64,000 nt of DNA, taken from the IMG/VR virus record IMGVR_UViG_3300040815_003350. One strand, 5' to 3'. The notes below the pieces were generated by a model. The model was not told the origin of the DNA. It saw only the letters and a list, made by a program, of their open reading frames with translations, and ran no database searches. Made by a program: the position numbers and the translations under genes. The first letter of the stretch is position 1; each line of letters starts with the position of its first letter. This DNA comes from an uncultured virus (IMG/VR IMGVR_UViG_3300040815_003350) (Duplodnaviria > Heunggongvirae > Uroviricota > Caudoviricetes). Positions 1 through 8,890 of the stretch are shown one piece after another.

Positions 1-120
1 TTATTAGAAATGGACGATAAAGACCCTAGTGAGTTGGGATTCAATCGCTTCACCGAACTTATACAAAAGTCTACTCCCCTAACATTATCTGGGCTTTTGA
101 CTAAAAAATTAGCCCTATGA
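1..120 (+). CDS. 3' end of probable DNA primase (partial; not in ORF track)
   Basis: Frame 1 reads LLEMDDKDPSELGFNRFTELIQKSTPLTLSGLLTKKLAL*. KDPSE resembles the Toprim C-terminal KDPxE motif, and the TGA overlaps the next ATG. Confidence 0.55.
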   Translation, partial: LLEMDDKDPSELGFNRFTELIQKSTPLTLSGLLTKKLAL

Positions 121-881
121 CACAAATTAAAAAACATTTTGGTCGCATCCTTGAAATTTCGGATGACCACAAACAAATTACACTCCCTGATGGAAGATAT
201 TACCAACGCAATGGTGAATATTATCCTTCAGTAACTTATGTACTTAGTCATTACCCTAAAGGTAAATTTTTTGAGGATTGGCTCAAAAAAGTAGGCTACT
301 CAGCAGATTATATTGTTAAAAAAGCAGCTGATGAAGGCACACAGGTACACGAAATGTGTGAGGATTACCTTAATGGTAAGGAATTAAAATTCTTAGAGCA
401 TGGTAGACCTATGTATGCTCCTAATATTTGGCAAATGTTTTTACGCTTTGTTGATTTTTGGGAAGAATATAATCCTACACTTGTTGAGGCCGAAGTCCAT
501 CTTTTTTCAGATAAACTTAAAGTAGCAGGTACTTGTGATTTAGTTTGTGAAATCAATGGTGAATTATGGATAATAGATTTTAAAACATCTAACCATCTTC
601 AAACAACATATGACCTTCAAACTGCTATTTACGCCCAATGTTTTGAAGAGTGTTTTGGTAAAAAAGTAGATCGTATGGGTGTATTATGGTTAAAATCTTC
701 TAAACGAGGTCCTAAAAAAGGCAAAATACAAGGTAAAGGTTGGGAAATGTATGAATCATCTAGATCACAAGAAGATAACCTAAGTATTTATAAAGCAGTT
801 CGTACTCTATTTGATATAGAAAACCCAAACCACAAACCCGCATTTACTGAATTCCGTACCACAGCTAAAAGAGATTTGTAA
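117..881 (+). CDS. PD-(D/E)XK exonuclease (Cas4/lambda-exonuclease-like, common in T4-like phages)
   Basis: Motifs YPSVT, GTQVH, AGTCD, IIDFKTS and LQTAIYA. Confidence 0.85.
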   Translation: MTQIKKHFGRILEISDDHKQITLPDGRYYQRNGEYYPSVTYVLSHYPKGKFFEDWLKKVGYSADYIVKKAADEGTQVHEMCEDYLNGKELKFLEHGRPMYAPNIWQMFLRFVDFWEEYNPTLVEAEVHLFSDKLKVAGTCDLVCEINGELWIIDFKTSNHLQTTYDLQTAIYAQCFEECFGKKVDRMGVLWLKSSKRGPKKGKIQGKGWEMYESSRSQEDNLSIYKAVRTLFDIENPNHKPAFTEFRTTAKRDL

Positions 882-889
882 TATTTATA
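881..889 (+). promoter_or_regulatory. Phage late-promoter-like motif ATATTTATA
   Basis: Recurrent intergenic motif, upstream of 904. Confidence 0.7.
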
Positions 890-903
890 ACAAATACTTT
901 GCT

Positions 904-1698
904 GTGAAATTGTACGATATTCTAAAAGAAATACAAGGTAAATCTAAAGCTATTATATTAGCGGGTGCTCCTGGAGCTGGAAAAGGGTACATTCTAAGGG
1001 GTTTAGATTTAGGGGGTCTAAAAACATTAAATGTAGACGACATTTATGTCCCTATGTTAAAAAAGGCTAATATAACTTTAGACCTTAAAAATGCTACTCC
1101 TGAAGAAAGAAGTGCCCAAGCTAAAACTATGGCTGCTGCTAATAAAGAATTTAAAGCTAATTTAGATTCTACTATAGGTAATAAAGAATCATTCGTATTA
1201 GATGGTACTGGAGCTTCATTTAATCAAACTTCTAAATTAAAAAGTCAATTAGAAGAAGCAGGGTATCAGGTATTCATGTTATATGTTTACACTGATTTAG
1301 AACGCTCCTTAAAACAAAACCAAGACCGTTACGAAAAATCAGGTGGTGAAGATAGAAGTTTAGCTCCTGGTATTGTAATGAAAACTTGGAAAGATGTAAC
1401 TCAAAATTATGAACCATACAAAAATTTATTTGGTTCTAATTTTGTTTCTGTAGCTAATACTTTAGAGGATCAAAACATTTCGGACTTAGAAGATATAATG
1501 AAAACATATCTTGATCCTTTTAAACCTAAAGATACTAAACCTAAAACCCCTAAACAACAAGCTAGTTCAGATGCTCGTAAAGCTAAGGATGCTGAACAAA
1601 TAAAAACTATGTTAAATGATAAATTTGTAAAAAACATAGTAAATAACTCGGTATCTAAAGAAGAAGCTCAATCCAAATTAAAATCTTTTTTAGCATGA
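904..1698 (+). CDS. P-loop kinase, zeta-toxin/AAA_33-like
   Basis: Walker A GAPGAGKG, then LNVDD, VLDGTG and a C-terminal R..R lid region. GTG start downstream of an ATATTTATA motif. Confidence 0.75.
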   Translation: MKLYDILKEIQGKSKAIILAGAPGAGKGYILRGLDLGGLKTLNVDDIYVPMLKKANITLDLKNATPEERSAQAKTMAAANKEFKANLDSTIGNKESFVLDGTGASFNQTSKLKSQLEEAGYQVFMLYVYTDLERSLKQNQDRYEKSGGEDRSLAPGIVMKTWKDVTQNYEPYKNLFGSNFVSVANTLEDQNISDLEDIMKTYLDPFKPKDTKPKTPKQQASSDARKAKDAEQIKTMLNDKFVKNIVNNSVSKEEAQSKLKSFLA

Positions 1699-4121
1699 AC
1701 GATTTAGTTAAGGCAATATTAGAAGGTCTTATAGATGTAAATGAATCTACTGGCCGAAAAATAGTTGGTATGTTTGGTGGAGGGTTTAAACCACCAACCT
1801 CAGGTCATTTAGAAGTAGTACAACGTGCCCTAGCTGAAAATCCCGAACTAGATGAATTAATTATTTTAGTAGGCAGTGGGACAAGAAACTCAATAAGCCA
1901 GGAAGAGTCACTTGCTATTTGGAACATGTATAAAAAATACCTCCCTAGTAAAGTAAAAGTAATGGCCTCCCCTAAAGATAAACCCCCTATTGGTGCTATT
2001 TATTCTTATGCTAGAAAAAATCCTGAGGAAATTATTTATTGGTTTATAGGAGCTAGGGAAGGTAATGAAGAAGATTTTCAAGATATAGAAAAACGTACTA
2101 GATCTCTTCGTAAATTAGCTTACCAAAATGTAAAGGTTAAAGAAATAGTAACGGGAGGAGCTGTCAGTGGAACTAAAGCCAGACAAGCATTATTAACCCA
2201 AGACAAAGAAACATTCCTCCAATTTCTCCCAGATATTCCTGAAGTAGACGAAATTTGGGATATGCTTAAAGATGTAGTCCAAGAACGTGTATCATTTAAT
2301 GCTGATTTTATTACCAAAGGCGATGTAGAATTTGTTGATGATATGGCTGATAGAAAATTAGCCCCAGTTGATGTTGATTTATCAGGTGGTCATTTTTTTG
2401 ACCGCCTTAACGACCCTAGAAATTTCCCAGATATTTCAATTGAAGAATTAGAGGAATTCTTTGATAAACTAGCTGATGAAAAAGAGGATTTTATTGCTTT
2501 CCTTAAAAAATATAAAGACGTAGTAGTAAAAGATACGGATACTAATATTAACATTCCGTTTATGAAAATGGCTAACAAAGCTATTGCTAAAACTATTATG
2601 CGTAAAAAGAACTTTAAAACACCTAATAAAGTTTTACCACTTGAAGAAGGTAGATACGATAGAGAAGTAACTATGATATCTAATATGGTAATTAATTTCT
2701 TTAAAGATGTTTTTGGTAAAGAAACTGAAGAAGTATTTGAAGATGCTGGTGAATTAGAAGGATCAACTGAATGGGAAACATATGATCTATCTGTTTTCTT
2801 TTACCCAAGTGATTTTGAAACTTTGGGACCAACCCCATTTATAGTAAACGCAGCAGGAGATGGAGATGGAATAGCAATCCAAATTAATTACCAACCAAAC
2901 CAATTCCCAGAAGCATATAATGAATTAATTCCTGAACTTAAGGATGCCATCAGGCACGAATTAGAACACGTAGGACAATATCGTTTTGATAAAGATGCTA
3001 CCCCTACAGATACAGATGATCAAGATGATTTACCATTAGTAGATTACCTTACTTTAGATTACGAAATTCCTGCTTTTGTTCAAGGGATTTATAAAAAAGC
3101 TAAAACTAAAAAAATTTCATTTACAGACGCACTTGATGAATTTTTAGAAGAAAGAGAAGATCAATTATCTCCTCAAGAACTTAAAAAAGTAAGACAAACT
3201 TATATTGCTTATGCCAAAAAGAATCTACCTGCTGCTCAAATAAATGAAAATATAGATCGTGAGGAATTAAAAAAAGGAATTGAAGTTGAAAAAGAACATA
3301 CTAATGATCCTAAAATAGCAATGAAAATTGCTTTAGATCATCTAGGTGAAGATCCCCAATATTATACCAAATTAGCTACTTTAGGACTAGAAGAGAATGA
3401 CCCTAAAAAAGGTACAGGTAAAAAACCTAAAGGTAGTGGCAGACGTTTATACACAGATGAAGACCCCTCTGATACTGTAAAAGTTAAATTTTCCACCAGA
3501 CAAGATATAGTTGATACTTTAAATAAAACATCATTTAAAAATAAATCTCACGCTAGACAATCCCAGGTAATTAATTTAATTCACCAAAGAGTTAGGGCAG
3601 CATATGGTAGAGCTAAAGAACCTGAAGTTAAAAAACGTTTAAAAACTGCTTTAGATTATATTACTAAGCGTAAAGAAGCTTCTAAAGCTAAAACTAAGCG
3701 TTTACAAGCTCAAAAGAAAAAGAAAAAATTAAATGAAAACTATGAAGACCAATTAGGATCTTATATAGAATCATTAACAGATTATATGGATAGCAATGGG
3801 TTAAACCTTAAACCATACCCATCTTTAGAATATATAGAAAGCGATAAAGAAAATGCCGCTAATATTTTTGGCAGAACCGCATACTATATGCCCTCAGAGC
3901 AAAAAATAGTTTTATACACTATGGGTAGGCATCCTAAAGATATTTTAAGATCATATGCTCACGAATTAGTACACCATCATCAAAATTTAAATGGCACTCT
4001 AGACCATAGCCAAACCACCAACACTAATGAAGATGGTGCTTTAGATAGAATTGAGCGTGAAGCTTATGAAAATGGTAATATATTATTTAGAAATTGGGAA
4101 GACTTAATAAAAAATCAATAA
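1695..4121 (+). CDS. Multidomain protein: cytidylyltransferase-like NTase, HFFDRLND domain, HExxH domain, DUF5661-like domain, basic domain, second HExxH domain
   Basis: GGGFKPPTSGH and SGTKAR (HxGH/SxT-type NTase); HFFDRLNDPRN; IRHELEH; GIEVEKEH...ALDHLGEDPQYYTKL; GTGKKPKGSGRRLYTDE; AHELVHHHQ...EREAY. Confidence 0.7.
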   Translation: MNDLVKAILEGLIDVNESTGRKIVGMFGGGFKPPTSGHLEVVQRALAENPELDELIILVGSGTRNSISQEESLAIWNMYKKYLPSKVKVMASPKDKPPIGAIYSYARKNPEEIIYWFIGAREGNEEDFQDIEKRTRSLRKLAYQNVKVKEIVTGGAVSGTKARQALLTQDKETFLQFLPDIPEVDEIWDMLKDVVQERVSFNADFITKGDVEFVDDMADRKLAPVDVDLSGGHFFDRLNDPRNFPDISIEELEEFFDKLADEKEDFIAFLKKYKDVVVKDTDTNINIPFMKMANKAIAKTIMRKKNFKTPNKVLPLEEGRYDREVTMISNMVINFFKDVFGKETEEVFEDAGELEGSTEWETYDLSVFFYPSDFETLGPTPFIVNAAGDGDGIAIQINYQPNQFPEAYNELIPELKDAIRHELEHVGQYRFDKDATPTDTDDQDDLPLVDYLTLDYEIPAFVQGIYKKAKTKKISFTDALDEFLEEREDQLSPQELKKVRQTYIAYAKKNLPAAQINENIDREELKKGIEVEKEHTNDPKIAMKIALDHLGEDPQYYTKLATLGLEENDPKKGTGKKPKGSGRRLYTDEDPSDTVKVKFSTRQDIVDTLNKTSFKNKSHARQSQVINLIHQRVRAAYGRAKEPEVKKRLKTALDYITKRKEASKAKTKRLQAQKKKKKLNENYEDQLGSYIESLTDYMDSNGLNLKPYPSLEYIESDKENAANIFGRTAYYMPSEQKIVLYTMGRHPKDILRSYAHELVHHHQNLNGTLDHSQTTNTNEDGALDRIEREAYENGNILFRNWEDLIKNQ

Positions 4122-4122
4122 C

Positions 4123-4284
4123 ATGACAACTCAAGAATTTACAGACGCAGTTAGTAACGAGTATGATATCGAAACATTAGAATTAATGCAAGATTTAATT
4201 GACCAAAGATTAACTTTATTGAAAACTATGGTTGATGTTGGTACTCGTAAGCAAATAAAAGGATTTAAAAGATACAATCAATGA
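4123..4284 (+). CDS. Small hypothetical protein, 53 aa (not in ORF track)
   Basis: MTTQEFTDAVSNEYDIETLELMQDLIDQRLTLLKTMVDVGTRKQIKGFKRYNQ* fills the gap exactly and has an ATGA overlap with the next gene. Confidence 0.7.
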   Translation: MTTQEFTDAVSNEYDIETLELMQDLIDQRLTLLKTMVDVGTRKQIKGFKRYNQ

Positions 4285-4856
4285 ATGATAACGTTTTAAA
4301 AAAAGAATTCTCTAAAAAAGATGTACAACGTGCTCGTAACTTAGTTAAGGGTAATACTAACGCTCGTACAACTGAAGGGATAGGTTATACTAAAAAATAC
4401 GAACACCATAAAGAAGGTGATATTTGGGAAGAAGATGGTCGCCAATGGACCATTAAAAATGGACTTAAACAAAATATCACCAAAATGGATAAGTTTAAAA
4501 AAATGGGTAAAATGCCCTTATTTTGTCCTGAATGTAGTACCTTAATGAAAAAACATCTCGATACCAAAGTATTCCCAGCATACCAAAAATGTTTTGATTG
4601 TGTAATAGATCATGAAGTTCAATTAGAAAAAGAAGGTAAGCTAGAAGAATATACTAAAGGGTTAAGAAATCAACACATCCAATCAGCAATAGATGGGTTT
4701 GAAAATTTTATGAAAGATAGAATGAAAGAATCTAATGCTAATTATGTAACCGAAGCAGGTGATGTAGAAAATTGGAAAGGAGGTAAAAGTAAAGAAGAAT
4801 TAGAAAAAGAACTCCAAGAAGGACTTGAATTTTTAGAAGGATTAAAGGTTAAGTGA
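4281..4856 (+). CDS. Hypothetical protein with zinc-finger motif
   Basis: CPEC...CFDC pair. Confidence 0.7.
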   Translation: MNDNVLKKEFSKKDVQRARNLVKGNTNARTTEGIGYTKKYEHHKEGDIWEEDGRQWTIKNGLKQNITKMDKFKKMGKMPLFCPECSTLMKKHLDTKVFPAYQKCFDCVIDHEVQLEKEGKLEEYTKGLRNQHIQSAIDGFENFMKDRMKESNANYVTEAGDVENWKGGKSKEELEKELQEGLEFLEGLKVK

Positions 4857-4862
4857 TTTTAC

Positions 4863-4871
4863 ATATTTATA
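4863..4871 (+). promoter_or_regulatory. Motif ATATTTATA
   Basis: 6 nt before ATG 4878. Confidence 0.7.
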
Positions 4872-4877
4872 ATTAAC

Positions 4878-5306
4878 ATGGCTAAACACAACCTCAAAGA
4901 AATCATTCAATCCGTTTTATCTGAAAAAAAGAAAAAACGTGATAGATGTTTACGTATAGCTGACCGTAAATTCAAAAAACCATCAGCATATAAAAGTGGT
5001 GCTGTAGTTAGATGTCGTAAAGGTGATATTTGGAAAGACTTAAAAGAAGAACAACAAACTTTTATCCAAGAAAAAGCCAAAGAAACTTTGCGTACCTGGT
5101 TTAAACGCTCAGGTGCTCCTGGTAAAACTGGAGGTTGGGTAGATTGTAATTCTCCCATTTATAAGAACGGTAAAAAAACAGGTTATAAATCATGTGGGAG
5201 ACAAAAAGGTGAAAAACGCTCCTATCCCGCATGCCGCCCAACAGCATCCCAATGTTCATCTAAAGGAAAAGGTAAATCTTGGGGTAAAAAAGCCGCAGGT
5301 AAATAA
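4878..5306 (+). CDS. Basic Cys-containing two-domain protein, probable virion-internal protein
   Basis: DRC...PSAYKSGAVVRCR module and LRTWFK...GGWVDC...CGR...YPACRP module, separated by LKEE/IQE. Promoter motif 6 nt upstream. Confidence 0.65.
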   Translation: MAKHNLKEIIQSVLSEKKKKRDRCLRIADRKFKKPSAYKSGAVVRCRKGDIWKDLKEEQQTFIQEKAKETLRTWFKRSGAPGKTGGWVDCNSPIYKNGKKTGYKSCGRQKGEKRSYPACRPTASQCSSKGKGKSWGKKAAGK

Positions 5307-5331
5307 TAAAGAACTTATCAAACACAATACA

Positions 5332-5796
5332 ATGAAAAAATCTGAATTTAAAGAATATCTAAAGACTGAAATTCTTAAAATGAATGAAGCATCTATAGAA
5401 GTAGACAGTGCTGAAAAAGCTAAAGAAGTAGCTGACGAAATGCCTGATGCTGAAATCAAATATAAAACTAATGAAGGAAAGATTACTAAATCTGAATTTA
5501 AAGAATATCTTCGTAATGAAATTCTTCGTGAAATAAACGAACAAGAAGAAGATGATTTTGAAGATATAGGTGATGTTGATGTCACTGATCAAGTTGATTT
5601 TGATGTAGATCCTACTGAAGAAAGTGACGCCGATGAATTAGATACTTTAAGTGATGATTTAGTAGACTTAGCTAAAAAAGCTAAAAATGCTGGAGCTATT
5701 GAATTAGCTAACCAAATCCTCAACTCTGCTAAATTTGCTAATAAAACTAAAATTAAATCTGCTGAAAAACAAGCAGGATTAGATCAAGAAGGATAA
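5332..5796 (+). CDS. Acidic hypothetical protein (start moved from 5194 to ATG 5332)
   Basis: ATG 5332 has an A-rich leader and avoids a 113-nt overlap with the upstream gene. KSEFKEYLxxEI occurs twice. Confidence 0.7.
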   Translation: MKKSEFKEYLKTEILKMNEASIEVDSAEKAKEVADEMPDAEIKYKTNEGKITKSEFKEYLRNEILREINEQEEDDFEDIGDVDVTDQVDFDVDPTEESDADELDTLSDDLVDLAKKAKNAGAIELANQILNSAKFANKTKIKSAEKQAGLDQEG

Positions 5797-6599
5797 TGGC
5801 AAAGAAAAAGACCAAATTAGATAAGATGTCTAAAAAAGAAAAGACATCGTTAGCTTATGCTTTGGCTACTAATTTGGCCAAACATGGTAAACCTCAAACA
5901 CCTAAAAATGAGCGTAAACTCACTACGGGTGAAATGAAAAAAAAGGAAAAAAACGTAATGAAGTTTAAAAAAGCTTTTGATTTAGAAGAAGTAAAAGAAA
6001 TATTACATACTATTATGGCAGCACGCCCTAAAGATAAAACTAAACCTAAAACTTCTGACGATAAATTACCTGCTAATTATAATCCTCGTACTGGTAAATT
6101 TACCGAAAAGTTAGATCCCATAGGTAAAGAAGATGCTGATATTAATAACGATGGTAAAGTAGATAAAACAGACGACTACTTAAAGAATCGTAGAGAAAAA
6201 GTATCTAAAGCAATCAAAAAAGAAGATTTAGACATTGGCCACCAGGATGACGAACCTAGAATGCTTAAAGCTGATCTTTATAGAATAGCTAAATATGCCT
6301 CTGAACTATATCAAATGATTGATAAGTTTGATGATATAGAACAAGAAGTTGATTTTCCTTCTTGGTGGCAAGCTAAAATTACTACTTCTAAAGATTATTT
6401 AGTTAAAGCAAAACACTATTTAGACGGTCAACTTAAAGTTGATCAAATAGATGCTATGTTAGGAGAAGATAAAGATGAACACAAGGTTCTTTCTCCAAAA
6501 GAATTAGATAGATTAGCAGCTTTACCTCCTACTGACCCTTCATTTAAAAAAGATCGTAGACATAAAAGATTAATGAAAAAAAAGAATGAAAAGGTCTGA
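5796..6599 (+). CDS. Multi-module hypothetical protein with DxNxDG Ca-binding-like loop
   Basis: DADINNDGKVDKTD (EF-hand/dockerin-like loop), followed by a DLDIGHQDDEP...FPSWWQAKIT module. Confidence 0.65.
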   Translation: MAKKKTKLDKMSKKEKTSLAYALATNLAKHGKPQTPKNERKLTTGEMKKKEKNVMKFKKAFDLEEVKEILHTIMAARPKDKTKPKTSDDKLPANYNPRTGKFTEKLDPIGKEDADINNDGKVDKTDDYLKNRREKVSKAIKKEDLDIGHQDDEPRMLKADLYRIAKYASELYQMIDKFDDIEQEVDFPSWWQAKITTSKDYLVKAKHYLDGQLKVDQIDAMLGEDKDEHKVLSPKELDRLAALPPTDPSFKKDRRHKRLMKKKNEKV

Positions 6600-7101
6600 A
6601 TTCATATCAAAAATCAAAGATTTAGCAAAAACTGTTTATGCTGAAAAATCTAACCCTTTAGCGGATGCTGAGGAAATTGAAGATATTGTAACTAAATTTC
6701 CTGTAATTAATAAATTTCCCCCGCTTAAAAAAGTAATGGAAGATTTATTTGATTTTCAATATGAACCTTTTGTTGAAGATATAGAATGGGTGTCACCACG
6801 CCCTACAACTTTTAGAATTAAATTAGTTAATAAAGCTGATTTTTATTTAATTTATCAAGGTGAAGAAGATGACAAAGGAATATTTATAGCTCAAGTAGCA
6901 GGCAAAAAATATTTCCTAGAATCCCTCCCAGAAGAACAACAAGCATCAGAAGCAATTGCCCGTTTATTAAGGTATAATTATGCTAATACCGGTAAACCTG
7001 AAGAAAATATAGATGCTGGATTAGATGCTGAATTAGGAGATGACCTAGAAACTATCCCTGAACCAGAGCCAGCAGTACCAGACTCAGTAGAAGACTTATA
7101 A
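6586..7101 (+). CDS. Hypothetical protein
   Basis: Uninterrupted ORF coupled to its neighbours, with an acidic tail. Confidence 0.7.
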   Translation: MKRSEFISKIKDLAKTVYAEKSNPLADAEEIEDIVTKFPVINKFPPLKKVMEDLFDFQYEPFVEDIEWVSPRPTTFRIKLVNKADFYLIYQGEEDDKGIFIAQVAGKKYFLESLPEEQQASEAIARLLRYNYANTGKPEENIDAGLDAELGDDLETIPEPEPAVPDSVEDL

Positions 7102-7103
7102 TA

Positions 7104-8237
7104 ATGGACGCATTAGATAAATTTTTTAAGAAATTTTCCTATAAGTTTCCCAAAGGATATCCTGACATCAATGATGAACAGGATATGCTTATGTTAGAGG
7201 GAATGTTAAAAGAAATGGGAATTAATTTACCTGAAGGTAAAGCAGAAGATAGAGATGAAGCCAAAGCTATTTTAAAAAAAGAACTTAATCTTACGGATAA
7301 AGACTTCAAAGATAGTGGTCTTCAATTTTTTGTCCTAGTCCCAGGAAAAGATAGACTTTCAATTGTAGACACAATAGAAAAAATCGAAACTAATTCTGAT
7401 AAAAAATTTGAATATAATCCTCAACCCTCAAGTTTTTCTTCTATAGGACACTTTATGTTTGGTCAAGCTAAATTTGGAATTAAACCCTCCGAAAAACAAG
7501 GAGGTAGATCCGCAGGTTTAGAAAATGAATCTGTTTTAGTTGATGCTATAAATCCTTTATTACAAGATGGTCCTAAAACAGTTATAATTACTGATGGTTC
7601 TTCTAATATAACTTATAAAAATGTTACTAATGTAGAAGGGACAGGAACTAAAACATCGGATTATTCAAAAGCTGATGTTAATTTTTATAATAATAAAACA
7701 GATTTAGGAGGACTTTCCTTAAAAAAAGACAATGCTGTATTTTGGGAATCTGCTGATGTTAGATATAAAGATGTAACTAAAAATTTATTGGATGCTATAA
7801 CAAGTGGTAAATTAAAAGATAAATTATCATTTAAGCCTTTTGTAGATAATAGAGGAAATGAAGATCCTAATATAATTAGATTATATGATAAAACTGGTAA
7901 ACAAGGAATAAGTGGTGTGATAGTAACAGATCTTCCTGACCAAGATATCTTTCAAATGATTTTTGGTAATGATAAAGTACCTGTTGCTGTTAGAACATTT
8001 AGATCAGGTGATGTTAAACTTGAAGGTAATGATGTTATTGTAAGGGTTAGTAAACTTTATAAAACTGTAGAGGATGTAGAAGCAGATAATGCTGAACCCA
8101 TACTAAATATCAGACATGATAAAACTAGAAGGGCATCTAAAGGATTAAGAGCATTAGTACAAACTAAAAAATCACTGTATAGAAATGATAGATTAGCAGG
8201 TTCTAAAATTTCTATACCATATGACGAATTTAATTAA
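7104..8237 (+). CDS. Putative PD-(D/E)XK restriction-endonuclease-fold protein with N-terminal leader
   Basis: AGLENE...SKADV...LSLKK fits E...(P/A)D...(D/E/S)xK. The leader YKFPKGYPD ends in MLE/LKE. Confidence 0.5.
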   Translation: MDALDKFFKKFSYKFPKGYPDINDEQDMLMLEGMLKEMGINLPEGKAEDRDEAKAILKKELNLTDKDFKDSGLQFFVLVPGKDRLSIVDTIEKIETNSDKKFEYNPQPSSFSSIGHFMFGQAKFGIKPSEKQGGRSAGLENESVLVDAINPLLQDGPKTVIITDGSSNITYKNVTNVEGTGTKTSDYSKADVNFYNNKTDLGGLSLKKDNAVFWESADVRYKDVTKNLLDAITSGKLKDKLSFKPFVDNRGNEDPNIIRLYDKTGKQGISGVIVTDLPDQDIFQMIFGNDKVPVAVRTFRSGDVKLEGNDVIVRVSKLYKTVEDVEADNAEPILNIRHDKTRRASKGLRALVQTKKSLYRNDRLAGSKISIPYDEFN

Positions 8238-8245
8238 TATTTATA
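8237..8245 (+). promoter_or_regulatory. Motif ATATTTATA
   Basis: 3 nt before ATG 8249. Confidence 0.7.
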
Positions 8246-8248
8246 ACC

Positions 8249-8890
8249 ATGCTTAAACAATACATTCAAGAGGCACTAAAACAGGTTACTGCACCTAAAA
8301 AATCATGCTCGTGTGGGTGTGGGGGTTGTAGTGATTCACAACCTAAGCTCGCATTATTGGAGAGTAAAACGCCTATAAGCGAAGGCCTCCGCTATCACAT
8401 CGAGAATGGTGTATCATTACAAGAGAATGTATTTAGAATTGGATCTAAAAAATACTTACAATTATTTGCTGAAGCTCGTATGCTCCTAGAATGGGGTAAT
8501 ATTAGTTTAGACGAAAACAGCAAATTCCTTATTGAAAATACTGACATTGGCAAATTTGGAATTTACGAAGGCAAAAAAGTACCACTCGACCTCCCAGCAA
8601 TAGACGAAGCTGAATATCAAGGTAAAGACGTAGAAATTGGAAAACCAAAACGTGGTGGTTCTAAAGCTTACTACGTTTACGTTAAAGATGGAGACAAAGT
8701 TAAAAAAGTCTCATTCGGCTCTGGTGGATTAAGAGCTAAAATTAAAGACCCAAAAGCAAGAGCCGCTTTTGCTGCTCGTCACAATTGCGACCAAAAGAAA
8801 GACAGAACAACTGCTGGGTACTGGAGTTGTAATTTGCCAAGATACGCCCCAGCTCTCGGTTTAGGACCTAAAATGAATACTTATTGGTGA
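8249..8890 (+). CDS. Two-domain hypothetical protein, probable virion-internal protein
   Basis: N-terminal CSCGCGGC, then an ISE|GLRYHI module and an IDE|AEYQGKDV...KKVSFG...ARHNC...AGYWSC module. Confidence 0.7.
   Translation: MLKQYIQEALKQVTAPKKSCSCGCGGCSDSQPKLALLESKTPISEGLRYHIENGVSLQENVFRIGSKKYLQLFAEARMLLEWGNISLDENSKFLIENTDIGKFGIYEGKKVPLDLPAIDEAEYQGKDVEIGKPKRGGSKAYYVYVKDGDKVKKVSFGSGGLRAKIKDPKARAAFAARHNCDQKKDRTTAGYWSCNLPRYAPALGLGPKMNTYW

Noticed and set aside
117..881. Cas4-like nuclease as a sign of a CRISPR-Cas system
   Set aside because: No Fe-S cysteine cluster, no array and no other cas genes. It is a stand-alone phage exonuclease next to the primase.
5194..5331. N-terminal extensions of ORF 5194 (and of ORF 9386 before 9434)
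   Set aside because: They overlap an upstream gene or a terminator/promoter. The downstream ATGs at 5332 and 9434 fit better.
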